This document shows, one piece after another, positions 9,570-19,224 of a DNA stretch of 64,000 bases. The notes beneath the pieces were generated by a model, which saw nothing but the letters and a program-made list of their open reading frames with translations, was not told where the DNA came from and did no database searches. This stretch comes from Rikenellaceae bacterium (GTDB lineage Bacteria; Bacteroidota; Bacteroidia; Bacteroidales; Rikenellaceae). The translations under genes and the position numbers were made by a program. The DNA lies in contig SUZH01000006.1 in NCBI GenBank assembly GCA_015060045.1, positions 53,354-117,353 on the forward strand, given 5' to 3'. Each line of letters begins with the position of its first letter. Position 1 is the first letter of the stretch.

Positions 9570-10640
9570 TTACTCTGCCTGATAGCTTACAACCCACGGC
9601 GTGCAGTTGGCGTGGAGGTAAATGATACCGGCCGAAGGCGTCAGGATGTTACCTGCACCCTGTACCAGGTTGAAGCCGGCGGGATAGATCTCCGACGTCT
9701 CCGTACCACCACCGTAGTTGATGTCCCAGCTGTTGTTCAGACGGAACTTGAACTCCGTACCGGCGTCGATCGTCGACGTGGTCTTCCAAACATTGGCCGC
9801 AGCATCATAGGTCATCACCATCGGATCCGACCAGCCGTTGAACGAGCCCATAACATCTACCTGCGAGAACTGCTTGGCGTCGATAGCCATGTTGTTCAGG
9901 TCGATCGTGATCTTCCAGATACCGGCGGGCAGCATCAGGTTACCGTCGCTCGACGACGTGAAGTCGGCACCGAGGGTCGAGAAGTTACCGTAACCCATCT
10001 CACCACCGTCCCATGCACGGTTCGGCAGCACCTTGAAGCCCGAGTAACCCGGCGTATTGGCTGCATCCTCCGGAAGCTCAACCAGGGCCTCGTAGATGTT
10101 CGAGCCACCCTTGTTCTCCCAAATCTCAACGGCGTTACCGGCATCCCAGCCATTGAACACACCGCAGAGGTGATACTTACGCATAGCAGCCTTGAAGGTC
10201 TGCACCGAGAACGAAATCATGTTCGACTTCTGGGTCTTCAGATCCGAACCACCGGCGTAAGCAATTACATAAGCATTGATCACAGCCACCTCGTTGGCAG
10301 CCACACCCAGGTTGTTCACGATCTTACCATTGAGGTCCGATTTCTCCATCGTGATCGCGGGATAGTTCGACTCGGCGGCGAGGGTCTCCACGCCGTCCTT
10401 CTCAAAATAGAGCTGGTAGGTAATAGCCACCGACTGACCGAAATCGGCTGCCGAGCAAGTAAAGGTCACCGACTCAACGCTGATATTATCACCATTGACT
10501 ACGATGTCGCCCTGCTCGCTCAAAACCGGCGCTACGAAGTCCGACTCCTCAGCCAACTTTACATGCTCCACGTCCGTCTCGCACGAAGCGAACGTAAACG
10601 CAGCCATGGCGAGAGTCGCAAGATATTTCATATATTTCAT
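9570..10640 (-). CDS. susE: SusE-like outer-membrane starch-binding lipoprotein
   Basis: ATG at 10640 with lipobox FTFASC. It has a SusE-N-like module followed by two CBM-like modules (HLCGVFNGWD, VMGSFNGWSD, NNSWDINYGG) and lies directly downstream of susD. Confidence 0.75.
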   Translation of the reverse strand: MKYMKYLATLAMAAFTFASCETDVEHVKLAEESDFVAPVLSEQGDIVVNGDNISVESVTFTCSAADFGQSVAITYQLYFEKDGVETLAAESNYPAITMEKSDLNGKIVNNLGVAANEVAVINAYVIAYAGGSDLKTQKSNMISFSVQTFKAAMRKYHLCGVFNGWDAGNAVEIWENKGGSNIYEALVELPEDAANTPGYSGFKVLPNRAWDGGEMGYGNFSTLGADFTSSSDGNLMLPAGIWKITIDLNNMAIDAKQFSQVDVMGSFNGWSDPMVMTYDAAANVWKTTSTIDAGTEFKFRLNNSWDINYGGGTETSEIYPAGFNLVQGAGNILTPSAGIIYLHANCTPWVVSYQAE

Positions 10641-10682
10641 AATCGTATTCTTTTTAAGCGTTTAATTTCTGATTCGCTTCGA

Positions 10683-12365
10683 TTAATAACCCGGGTTCTG
10701 CTTCAGGTTCGGGTTGGCAATCAGGTCGGTCGTAATGATCGGGAATACCTTGAGGTGATCCGACAAAGCCACCGCACCATTTGCAATACCACCCTTATAG
10801 GGCCAGGGGAACGAAGCCGACGTGAAGTAACCGTAGCGGATCAAATCCACACGACGGTGACCCTCCCACATCAGCTCGCGTACGCGCTCCTTGAGGATGT
10901 AGTCCAAATCGATCGTCATCGGCATATCAGCTACACCGTTAGCACGCTCACGCAGCTGGGCGATGCGCTTGTAACCGGCGCTCGACGAGGTCAGCGAACC
11001 ACCGTTGAGGCGAGCCTCGGCCTCAGCCGAAATCAGGTACATCTCACCCAGACGGAAGATCGGGAAGTCGGCCGACGAGAACTCGATACCGCTCTCGATG
11101 CAGGCAGCCTTGTTATCCGAGGTCAGCGGAACCCACTTCAAGCAAGCCCAACCGGTGTTGATATCGGCCGACTCGGGGTCGATGTCCTTCGTGAAACCGG
11201 CGTTGGTGAATACGGCACGCTGATCCGAAGCAGCGCGGTCGTAACCCCACTGGTTCTTGTTGGCCCAATCAACACCCTGCAGCTCGAAGTTGTTCATTAC
11301 ATACTCATCCGAAACGTGGTAACCATTCCACTGGTTCATGTAGATGTCGCTCGAGAAGCCGAAGAGGCTCGACGAGATCAGACGCAGGTCGGCGTAAACC
11401 GATGCATAGAGCAGGTGCGTCGTACCACCGTAGCTGGGGGTCGTAGCACCATCGTAGAGCGCAGCCACGATGAACTCGTTCTGAGCACCGTTGGTCGAGT
11501 TGTCCTGACGGAAGAGGTTATCCCACTTCTTGCAGAGCTCAAAGCCACCGCTCGTGATAGCCAACTCGGCATACTTCTGAGCGTCAGCCCAGCGAGCCGT
11601 ACCCGTGTAAACCTCGGCGTTGAGGTACATACGAGCCAACACGGCATAAGCAGCACCCTTCGACAGACGCGGATAAACCACGCGCTGTGCGGGCAGGTTC
11701 TCATCCTCGATCAGCTCCAACAGCTCGTTCTCGATCCAGGCAAACATGCCGGCGCGGCCCAGCTGCTGGGGGAAGTTCGTCGTACCGATGTTCTCGGGCA
11801 AGCACAAAGGAGGATTGCCGTAGAGGTCCATCATGATCTCGTAATAGATCGCACGCAGCAGGCGCATCTCGGCACGGTAGGTGCGTACGTCATCGAGCTT
11901 AGCCTCGTGGCCACGGCCCTTCACGGCGCCATCACCCGAAACCGACTCATCGAGGAACTGGTTGCAGATAGCCACAGCCTTCAAACCACGCAGATAAACA
12001 GCCATCACAGCTGCATTCGTAGCCGTCCACTTGCCATACTGTACACCGTCGATGTAGTCATCGCCCCAGTTACACTTCAGGGCATCGGTCGTCAACTCGT
12101 TCAGAATCATGTACTGACGGATAAACTCACTCTGACCGGCATCCGATACGGCGATATCCGACGAACCCGGATCGCCCTGCGATACGAGCGAGAAGTAGCT
12201 GTACGCATAGTTCACGTACTGGTCGTAGCTCTCCGGTGCCTCGAAGGCCTTATCGGCCGTAATCGTCGACTCGGCCAGCGGCTCGGCATCCAGATCACCC
12301 AAGCAAGAGGTAATCATCGTAGCCGAGGTCAGAAGCGCTACACTATATAATAAGAACTTTTTCAT
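10683..12365 (-). CDS. susD: SusD/RagB-family nutrient-binding outer-membrane lipoprotein
   Basis: ATG at 12365 with lipobox MITSC. Its 560-aa length, TPR-like composition and position immediately after the SusC-type gene fit the family. Confidence 0.9.
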   Translation of the reverse strand: MKKFLLYSVALLTSATMITSCLGDLDAEPLAESTITADKAFEAPESYDQYVNYAYSYFSLVSQGDPGSSDIAVSDAGQSEFIRQYMILNELTTDALKCNWGDDYIDGVQYGKWTATNAAVMAVYLRGLKAVAICNQFLDESVSGDGAVKGRGHEAKLDDVRTYRAEMRLLRAIYYEIMMDLYGNPPLCLPENIGTTNFPQQLGRAGMFAWIENELLELIEDENLPAQRVVYPRLSKGAAYAVLARMYLNAEVYTGTARWADAQKYAELAITSGGFELCKKWDNLFRQDNSTNGAQNEFIVAALYDGATTPSYGGTTHLLYASVYADLRLISSSLFGFSSDIYMNQWNGYHVSDEYVMNNFELQGVDWANKNQWGYDRAASDQRAVFTNAGFTKDIDPESADINTGWACLKWVPLTSDNKAACIESGIEFSSADFPIFRLGEMYLISAEAEARLNGGSLTSSSAGYKRIAQLRERANGVADMPMTIDLDYILKERVRELMWEGHRRVDLIRYGYFTSASFPWPYKGGIANGAVALSDHLKVFPIITTDLIANPNLKQNPGY

Positions 12366-12385
12366 AATTGCAGTGCTTGTATTGA

Positions 12386-15300
12386 TTAGAAGTTAATGTT
12401 GAGGCGGACCGTATAGAGGCGCGGACGCGGGATGAGGGTGCTGTATACACCATCAGCGCTGTTCACCTCGGGATCCAGACCCGAGTAGTTGGTAATCGTA
12501 AATACGTTCTGGCACGAAGCAGCTACGCGGATGTTTACCTTCGAATTACCTACCTCGCGGAACGTGTAACCGAGGTTCACGTCGTCGAGACGGAAGAACG
12601 AAGCGTTCTCGATGAACATATCCGAGTAAGCCTGGTCGGTCGACGTGTTACCCGTGAAGCCCGTACGGAAGTTGTACTCGTTCAGGTTGCGCAGGTAGTT
12701 GTACGACAGCGTACCGCAGTAGGTAGACGAGTTGTCCACAGCCAGCTTGTTGATGGCGTAGTTGCCGATCGTACCGTGACCGTTGAAACCGAAGTCCCAA
12801 TTCTTGTAGTTGAGCTGCATCGAGATACCGTAGTAGAAGTCGGGCGTAGCCGAGCGACCGGTGATGTACTTGTCATCCTCGGTGATCTGGCCATCCTCGT
12901 TGCGATCGATGAAGGTGTTCATGATCGGCTTACCGGCGGCGTCATAAGCCTGCTGGTAGAGGTAGAAGGTGTAGGGAGCGAAGCCCTTGTAGTGTACCGA
13001 CGAGTTACCACCCGTACCCGAGAGCGACGAACCAACCTTCACGAAGTTGTCGTTCAGGTCACCAATCTCAGTCTGCTGCCACGTACCGTTGAGGTTGATC
13101 GTCCAGTTCCAATCCTCGGTCTGAACGGGAATCAGGTTCAACGATACCTCGACACCCTGGTTCACCATCTCACCGATGTTCGACATCAGGCGGTTCGTGA
13201 AGTTCGAGCCGGTCGGCACGTCAATCTCCGACAGCAGGTCGGTCGTGTGACGATAGTAGTAATCCACAGCACCGCTGATACGGCCCGACAGGAAGCCGAA
13301 GTCGATACCGGCGTTGTAGGTCGTCGTGGTCTCCCACTTGATGTTGCGGTTGAAGGCCTGAGGAGCCAGCGTACCGCCGATACCCGGCATATACTGGGCA
13401 TTACCGTTGTTTACATAGTTGTAGAGCGGATAGTAGGGATAGTAGTTGTCACCAATATCCTGCTGACCGGTCTGACCCCAACCCAGGCGGAGCTTCAGAG
13501 CCGACAGCGTCTTCGAATCCACGAGGAACTTCTCCTGAGCGATGTTCCAAGCAAAGGCAGCCGAGGGGAAGAAGCCCCAACGGTTATCCTCCGAGAAGCG
13601 CGACGTAGCATCCTCACGAACCGTGAAGGTGAACAGGTAGCGCGAATCAATCGAGTAGTTGATACGACCGAAGAACGAGATCAGGTAGTACTCCTTCGGA
13701 TAGGGCTTACGCGAAAGCTCCGTAGCACTCGACGAGTGGTACTCGTCACGATTGGCGTTGTAGTAGTTCAGCGACTGCGTCTTCACATAGTTGCGCTGCC
13801 ACGAGTAACCACCCATGACATCCAGACGGTGGATACCGAACTCCTTGTTATAGTTGGCGTAGAACTCCAACAGCGTGTTCGAGTTGAAGGTCGTCCAATC
13901 CGTGTAGGCATCCTCCGAACCGGCCTTCATGTTAGCAAACGAGCCCAGCTCGTTGTAGTGCGTACCGGTCGACTCGGCTACGTCGTAACCCAGGTTCAGG
14001 TTCAGGCGCAGATCCTCCAGACCGTGGATCTTATAGTCGAGCTGTGCGTTACCTACCGAACGCCACGTGGTCGAGTAGTTAACATAGTCGTTCAGGCTCG
14101 ACATCGGGTTCGTGTTGGCATTCTTCTCGGGGTTGAAGTTGCCGGCATCGTCGAAGTTACCCCAGTTGAAGTAACCGTTAGCCAGCGACTTGTTCACCGA
14201 ACCATCGGCGTTGTAGAAGTGAACCGGCTTGGTGGGGTCGTACGACAAAGCATCACCCACGGCATTGTTCGTCCAGTTCGACTTGTTGTAAACACCCTTC
14301 ACGTTCAGATTGACGGTCAGATGATCGTCGAAGAACTTGGGAGCAAGGTTTACGCTGGCATTCACGCGCGTGTTGTCACCACCCTTTACCGTACCCTGAT
14401 CGTAGTTGGCACCCAACGAAACGCGATAGGGGAAGTTACCCTTCTCCGTGTTACCGTAGAGCGAGAGGGCGTGGTCGGTCGAGAAGGCCGTGCGGTAGAT
14501 CAGATCCTGCCAATCGGTGTTGTAGTTCTTGCCGTTGTAACCCAGGAGCGACTGGATCTTCTCGGCATCGGCAGCGCTGTTAGCCTGATATACATTGGTC
14601 ATGTAATCGGCGAACTCCGAGCCCGTCAGCACGTCGATCTCGTCCGAGTTGGACTTCACGGTGTACGACGAGTTGTAGCTTACCTGCAGCTGCGAACCCT
14701 TACCCTTCTTGGTGGTGATGATGATCACACCGTTCGATGCACGCGAACCGTAGATAGCCGTAGCCGAAGCATCCTTCAGCACGGTGTAGGTGTCGATGTC
14801 ATCGGGGTTTACGGTAGCCAGCGGGTTACCCATACCGGCACCGCCGTCACCCGTCACGGGCACACCGTCGATCACGATGAGCGGGTTGTTCGAGGCGTTG
14901 AGCGAAGCGTTACCACGGATACGGATCTGTGCACCCGAACCCGGCTCACCCGAAGCGGGCGTAACGAGCAGACCCGGCACCTTACCCAGCAGCAGCTGAT
15001 CGGGCGAGGTTACCGCACCGCGGTTTACATCCTCGGCCTTGATCGCTACAACCGAACCGGTCATATCGCTCTTCTTCACGCCACCATAACCGATCACGAC
15101 GACTTCGTCGAGGGTCATCAGGTCCTCCTCCAGCGTCAGGTTCTTCAGCAACTCCGACGAGGCTGCCAGCTCTACGGTCTTATAACCGATGTAGCTGACC
15201 GAGACAACCGAATTGGCGTCTTTTACATTCAGTACGTACTGACCGTCGATGTCGGTCGTCGTACCATTCACGGTACCCACCTCGATGATCGTTGCTCCGA

Positions 15301-15427
15301 TCACGGGGATACCGGCGGCGTCCACCACGACGCCCTTCACCTCGTACTTACCTTGGGCAAGCGCGAGATGCGGGGTAACGATGCCCAGTAGCATCATACC
15401 CAAGCACATTGCGAGAAATTTTCTCAT
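12386..15427 (-). CDS. susC: SusC/RagA-family TonB-dependent outer-membrane transporter
   Basis: 1013 aa with a signal peptide and a carboxypeptidase-regulatory-like N-domain (VKGVVVDAAGIPVIGATI). It also has the TonB-box-like DEVVVIGYG, a plug and barrel, and a terminal aromatic residue (NINF). Confidence 0.92.
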   Translation of the reverse strand: MRKFLAMCLGMMLLGIVTPHLALAQGKYEVKGVVVDAAGIPVIGATIIEVGTVNGTTTDIDGQYVLNVKDANSVVSVSYIGYKTVELAASSELLKNLTLEEDLMTLDEVVVIGYGGVKKSDMTGSVVAIKAEDVNRGAVTSPDQLLLGKVPGLLVTPASGEPGSGAQIRIRGNASLNASNNPLIVIDGVPVTGDGGAGMGNPLATVNPDDIDTYTVLKDASATAIYGSRASNGVIIITTKKGKGSQLQVSYNSSYTVKSNSDEIDVLTGSEFADYMTNVYQANSAADAEKIQSLLGYNGKNYNTDWQDLIYRTAFSTDHALSLYGNTEKGNFPYRVSLGANYDQGTVKGGDNTRVNASVNLAPKFFDDHLTVNLNVKGVYNKSNWTNNAVGDALSYDPTKPVHFYNADGSVNKSLANGYFNWGNFDDAGNFNPEKNANTNPMSSLNDYVNYSTTWRSVGNAQLDYKIHGLEDLRLNLNLGYDVAESTGTHYNELGSFANMKAGSEDAYTDWTTFNSNTLLEFYANYNKEFGIHRLDVMGGYSWQRNYVKTQSLNYYNANRDEYHSSSATELSRKPYPKEYYLISFFGRINYSIDSRYLFTFTVREDATSRFSEDNRWGFFPSAAFAWNIAQEKFLVDSKTLSALKLRLGWGQTGQQDIGDNYYPYYPLYNYVNNGNAQYMPGIGGTLAPQAFNRNIKWETTTTYNAGIDFGFLSGRISGAVDYYYRHTTDLLSEIDVPTGSNFTNRLMSNIGEMVNQGVEVSLNLIPVQTEDWNWTINLNGTWQQTEIGDLNDNFVKVGSSLSGTGGNSSVHYKGFAPYTFYLYQQAYDAAGKPIMNTFIDRNEDGQITEDDKYITGRSATPDFYYGISMQLNYKNWDFGFNGHGTIGNYAINKLAVDNSSTYCGTLSYNYLRNLNEYNFRTGFTGNTSTDQAYSDMFIENASFFRLDDVNLGYTFREVGNSKVNIRVAASCQNVFTITNYSGLDPEVNSADGVYSTLIPRPRLYTVRLNINF

Positions 15428-15502
15428 AGGGCTTTTTAGTGTTAGTTAATAAATTTGGTTATTGAGAATTGTTATTTAAGTTCCTTGCGGAATCGAGGTT
15501 TC

Positions 15503-16813
15503 CTATTCGACCTTTTTGGTCTGGATACCAAAGACAGCCACGGCGCCGATAAAGAGCGACACACCGGCCACGACAAGCATCATGATCTGCTCGCCACCCA
15601 CCAGCTTCAGCAGCAAACCGCCGAGCAATGCTGCGATAATCTGCGGCAGGCAGATCGTGCAGTTGAACAGCCCCAGATAAGCACCCATCGAGCTACCCGA
15701 AAGCGAGTTCGTGAGCAGCGCAAACGGCATGGCCAGCATGGCAGCCCAACCGCAACCGATCAGCAGGTACGATATAAATAATAAGTATTGGTCGTGGATC
15801 ATGGCCGTCGAGACGAAGCCCAAGCCGCCCAGCACGAGGCTCACGGCATAGCCCACCTTGACGTTCTTGAACATCGGCAGCACCATGGCCCACAGAATCG
15901 AGCCTACGGCCTGTACGGCAAACAGGACACCTACCCAGTCACCGGCAGCCTGATAGCCGGCCGAAGCGACATCGGTCGTACCCCAGATCGTCTCGGCGAT
16001 ACCACCGTTCGTGTAGGTCCACATATAAAGGAAGGCCACCCACGAAAAGAACTGCACCAGACCGATCTGCCAGAAGGCCTTCGGGGCGTGCAACAGCAGC
16101 TGCAGGAGGTTCTGCTTCTCCTCCTTGTTTGCCTGCTGCTCCTGGATGTTGTGGAAAGCGGCATACTCTTTGGGGTCCATCTCCTTGACCGTAGCACCCG
16201 TGTAGAGGACGCAGAGGATCAGGATGGCGGCACCGACATAGAACGAGTAGATTACCGAATCGGGAATCACACCCTCGGGAGCAACGTTCGAGATACCGAT
16301 CCAGGTGAAGATGTAGGGGAAGAGGTAGCCCACCAGCGAACCGGCGTTGCACAGCAGCGACTGGATCGAGTAGGCCTTTGCCTTCTGGCGCTCATTGACC
16401 AGATCGCCCACCATCATCTTGAAGGGCTGCATAGCCATATTGATCGACGTATCGAGCAACATGAGCATAATCAGGCCGAACGACATGGCCATCTTGACCG
16501 TCAGGCCGAGCGAACCGGCATTCGGAAGGAAGGCCATCACAGCGACAGCCACCAGCGCGCCCACATAGAGGTAGGGCTTGCGACGGCCCCAGCGACACCA
16601 GGTCTTATCGCTCCAGGTACCGACCAGCGGCTGCACGATCATACCCATCAGTGGGGGCAGGATCCAGAAAAAACTCAAATCATGGGGATCAGCGCCAAGC
16701 GTGGCGAAGATACGGCTGATGTTGGCACTCTGAAGTGCATAAGCGATCTGAACTCCGAAGAAACCGAAGCTCAGATTCCACATCTGCCAAAACGACAGGT
16801 CTCGTTTCTGCAT
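15503..16813 (-). CDS. MFS/GPH (SLC45-like) sugar:cation symporter, probable maltose/maltooligosaccharide inner-membrane importer; first gene of the PUL operon
   Basis: 436 aa with ~12 predicted TM segments and an RWGRRKPY motif after TM2, typical of the sucrose/maltose SLC45-GPH group. It is co-directional with susC across a 75-bp gap. Confidence 0.75.
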   Translation of the reverse strand: MQKRDLSFWQMWNLSFGFFGVQIAYALQSANISRIFATLGADPHDLSFFWILPPLMGMIVQPLVGTWSDKTWCRWGRRKPYLYVGALVAVAVMAFLPNAGSLGLTVKMAMSFGLIMLMLLDTSINMAMQPFKMMVGDLVNERQKAKAYSIQSLLCNAGSLVGYLFPYIFTWIGISNVAPEGVIPDSVIYSFYVGAAILILCVLYTGATVKEMDPKEYAAFHNIQEQQANKEEKQNLLQLLLHAPKAFWQIGLVQFFSWVAFLYMWTYTNGGIAETIWGTTDVASAGYQAAGDWVGVLFAVQAVGSILWAMVLPMFKNVKVGYAVSLVLGGLGFVSTAMIHDQYLLFISYLLIGCGWAAMLAMPFALLTNSLSGSSMGAYLGLFNCTICLPQIIAALLGGLLLKLVGGEQIMMLVVAGVSLFIGAVAVFGIQTKKVE

Positions 16814-16854
16814 ATTTTAGGTCTTTTTAGTTTAGTTTTTTTGGTTTGGTTAGA

Positions 16855-16862
16855 CAAATATA
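16855..16862 (-). promoter_or_regulatory. Bacteroidetes sigma-A -7 box (TATATTTG) for the MFS-Sus operon
   Basis: The reverse complement of caaatata matches TAnnTTTG, about 42 nt upstream of the MFS ATG at 16813. Confidence 0.6.
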
Positions 16863-16867
16863 TACGT

Positions 16868-16945
16868 GCGCGACGAAATGCACAATTCACCTCCGACGAA
16901 TGGTTACATGCAAGCGACGAACGGCCAATCGGGGCAGACGAAAGG
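16868..16945 (-). promoter_or_regulatory. Four same-orientation direct repeats, CATTTCGTC / CCATTCGTC / CCGTTCGTC / CCTTTCGTC on the operon strand, spaced 23/21/21 bp; candidate LytTR-type operator array
   Basis: The plus-strand hexamer GACGAA starts at 16872, 16895, 16916 and 16937. The array lies immediately upstream of the -7 box of the PUL promoter and next to the LytTR regulator operon. Confidence 0.55.
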
Positions 16946-16950
16946 AGGAG

Positions 16951-16968
16951 CCAAAAAGCGCTTTTTGG
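16951..16968. promoter_or_regulatory. Perfect 18-bp palindrome CCAAAAAGCGCTTTTTGG in the divergent control region
   Basis: The sequence is self-complementary when read directly. It lies between the repeat array and the kinase gene. Confidence 0.5.
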
Positions 16969-17041
16969 CACAAATCGAAAAAAAATTTGCAAAAACTACA
17001 AAAATAGTCTACCTTTATTGGTCGGAATCGATTTTTCGCCT

Positions 17042-18415
17042 ATGAGACAAAGCTCACTCTCCACGCCCTGCATCATCCACCTCTTCGCGTTGGCCCATGC
17101 CGCCATCGCGATCATGAGTCGCATGGTCAACTACGTGGACGATGTACCGTTGACGATTTTGACCCTGGCGCTGGTCGTGATCATCGCGCTTCGCCACCAC
17201 GTACAAGCCGAGATGATCGCCATCCTGGCACTGGTCGGCACCTTCGCCGGCTACCTCTTCGGTTCGTTCGGCGCCGAATTAATAGCTCACATAGTCCGCA
17301 ACGACATCTTTGCACCGGCCCTCACCACAGCCATCTTCACCGAGCTGCTCGGCTGGGGAGTTTACGCTTTTGCCCGTCTACGCGGCGAGCAGCAGGAGCG
17401 CTCTTTCACTTGGTCACCGCCCCTGCCGCAGATCGTCATCATCGTCCTCTCGATTCTCCTTTTCAGAATCTCCTACACGCTGATTTTCAACTCCTCGTAC
17501 TTCACGCAAACCTCTATCACGGCGGAGTTGAATCGCCTGCTTGAAAATACGGTAGCCATCCTGCTGATGTTGTGCGGTAACATGCTTTTTGTAAGCCTCC
17601 GTCTGCAACGCATCACCCGCCCCGAATGGCGCACGATCGGTACCGTGGTGATGACACTCCTCTTTACGACCGTCATCACGCTGCTCGTCTACTATGAGTT
17701 CCCGCACGGCCACGAAAAGCTCTTCGCCATGCTGCCCTTCCTGCGCCTTTACGCGGTGGTGCTCCTGTGCGACATTGTGGTCTATGCCCTCTTTAAGTTG
17801 GCTGCCTATGCGTTGATTTCCAAAGCCGAGTTGCATGCCGAGCGCGGCAAGAAGCATCAGGCGCAATTCCAGTACAACAAACTCAAGCTGCAGATCAACC
17901 CCCATTTCTTGTTCAACTCGCTCAACATCTTGGACTTCCTGGTGCAAGAACAGCAGACCGAACGCGCCTCGGCCTTCATCCACAAATTGGCCGACTGCTA
18001 TCGCTACATGCTCAAAAACGAGGACGAACAACTCGTAACGCTGCAAGAGGAGTTGATCTTCGCCCGCAAATACAGCGAGTTACTCCAGGAGCGTTTTGCC
18101 GAAGGTTTCCATGTGCGCTACAAAATCCCCGACGAGGTACTCATGCGCCACATCGTGCCCTGTGCCCTGCAACTCTTGATCGAAAATGCCACGAAACACA
18201 ACGCCGTCAGCATCGATTCGCCACTCGAAGTGGTGATCACGGTCGAGGAGGATCGTCTGCGCGTAAGCAACCGTCTGCAGCCCCGCCTGAGCAAGCAGCC
18301 CTCAACGGGTAAAGGGCTGAAAAACATCCGCCAACAATACCTCGACTTGGCAAACCAACCGATTCATGTCGAGCAAACCGATACCGAATTTATCGTAGAA
18401 CTTCCGCTATTATGA
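17042..18415 (+). CDS. LytS/YehU-family sensor histidine kinase (multi-TM input domain, no obvious periplasmic domain)
   Basis: Start set at ATG 17042; the upstream part of track ORF 15788..18415 is antisense to the MFS gene. The protein has ~6 TM segments, then the His_kinase block INPHFLFNSLNILDFLV and an HATPase region (LLIENATKHN). Confidence 0.85.
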   Translation: MRQSSLSTPCIIHLFALAHAAIAIMSRMVNYVDDVPLTILTLALVVIIALRHHVQAEMIAILALVGTFAGYLFGSFGAELIAHIVRNDIFAPALTTAIFTELLGWGVYAFARLRGEQQERSFTWSPPLPQIVIIVLSILLFRISYTLIFNSSYFTQTSITAELNRLLENTVAILLMLCGNMLFVSLRLQRITRPEWRTIGTVVMTLLFTTVITLLVYYEFPHGHEKLFAMLPFLRLYAVVLLCDIVVYALFKLAAYALISKAELHAERGKKHQAQFQYNKLKLQINPHFLFNSLNILDFLVQEQQTERASAFIHKLADCYRYMLKNEDEQLVTLQEELIFARKYSELLQERFAEGFHVRYKIPDEVLMRHIVPCALQLLIENATKHNAVSIDSPLEVVITVEEDRLRVSNRLQPRLSKQPSTGKGLKNIRQQYLDLANQPIHVEQTDTEFIVELPLL

Positions 18416-19209
18416 CACCTACATACAACGTACTGATTGTCGAGGATGAATTGCCGGCACAAGCCAACCTGCGCCGCGCCCTCGAAATGCGATTTCCGGA
18501 CCTGCGCATCGTCGGACTGCAAAGCTCGGTGCATGGCACCCTGGAGTGGCTGAAAGAGCCGACCAACCGCGCCGACATCATCTTCATGGATGTCGAGCTC
18601 TCGGATGGCATGTGTTTCGACATCTTCTCGCATGTTGAAGTGAATGCCAAAGTGGTTATTACCACTGCATTCGACAACTATGCCGTCAGGGCTTTCCGCA
18701 TCAACAGCATCGACTATCTATTGAAGCCGATTGACCCCGAGGAGCTGACCGGAGCCGTCGAACGATGCCGCCGATCGTTAGCAGCCGAAAAAGAGAATAC
18801 CAAAACTGCGCAACCGATTGATATTGAAGCGTTGAAGAGCGCACTAACGGGGGGGGGTGAGCCAACGTTCCGCAAACGTTTCGTGGTTCGTTTCGGCGAT
18901 CGTCTCTCGGTTATCGAGACGACGCAGGTCGCCTACTTCTACGCCGAGGACAAGAGTACCCACCTGGTCACGAACGAAGGGCGTCGCTACATCCTCGATC
19001 AATCGCTCGACCAGCTGGCCGATGAGATCTCGCCGGCCGATTTCTTCCGTATTTCGCGTAACTGTACCGTCTCGATTCGCGCCATTGCCGGCATCTCGAA
19101 ACATCCGTCGAATCGTCTGAAAGTCAATCTGATTCCAAAGCCCGATTTTGAGGTCTTCGTCTCGCGTTCGCGTACGACCGACTTCATAACCTGGCTTGAG
19201 GGCAAATAA
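18412..19209 (+). CDS. LytTR-family response regulator (REC + LytTR DNA-binding domain)
   Basis: The ATG overlaps the kinase stop (ATGA). REC motifs are LIVEDE and IIFMDVEL. The C-terminal LytTR block runs RFVVRFGDRLSVIETTQVAYFYAEDKSTHL...FFRISRNCTV. Confidence 0.88.
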   Translation: MTPTYNVLIVEDELPAQANLRRALEMRFPDLRIVGLQSSVHGTLEWLKEPTNRADIIFMDVELSDGMCFDIFSHVEVNAKVVITTAFDNYAVRAFRINSIDYLLKPIDPEELTGAVERCRRSLAAEKENTKTAQPIDIEALKSALTGGGEPTFRKRFVVRFGDRLSVIETTQVAYFYAEDKSTHLVTNEGRRYILDQSLDQLADEISPADFFRISRNCTVSIRAIAGISKHPSNRLKVNLIPKPDFEVFVSRSRTTDFITWLEGK

Positions 19210-19224
19210 ACAAAACGCCACTCC

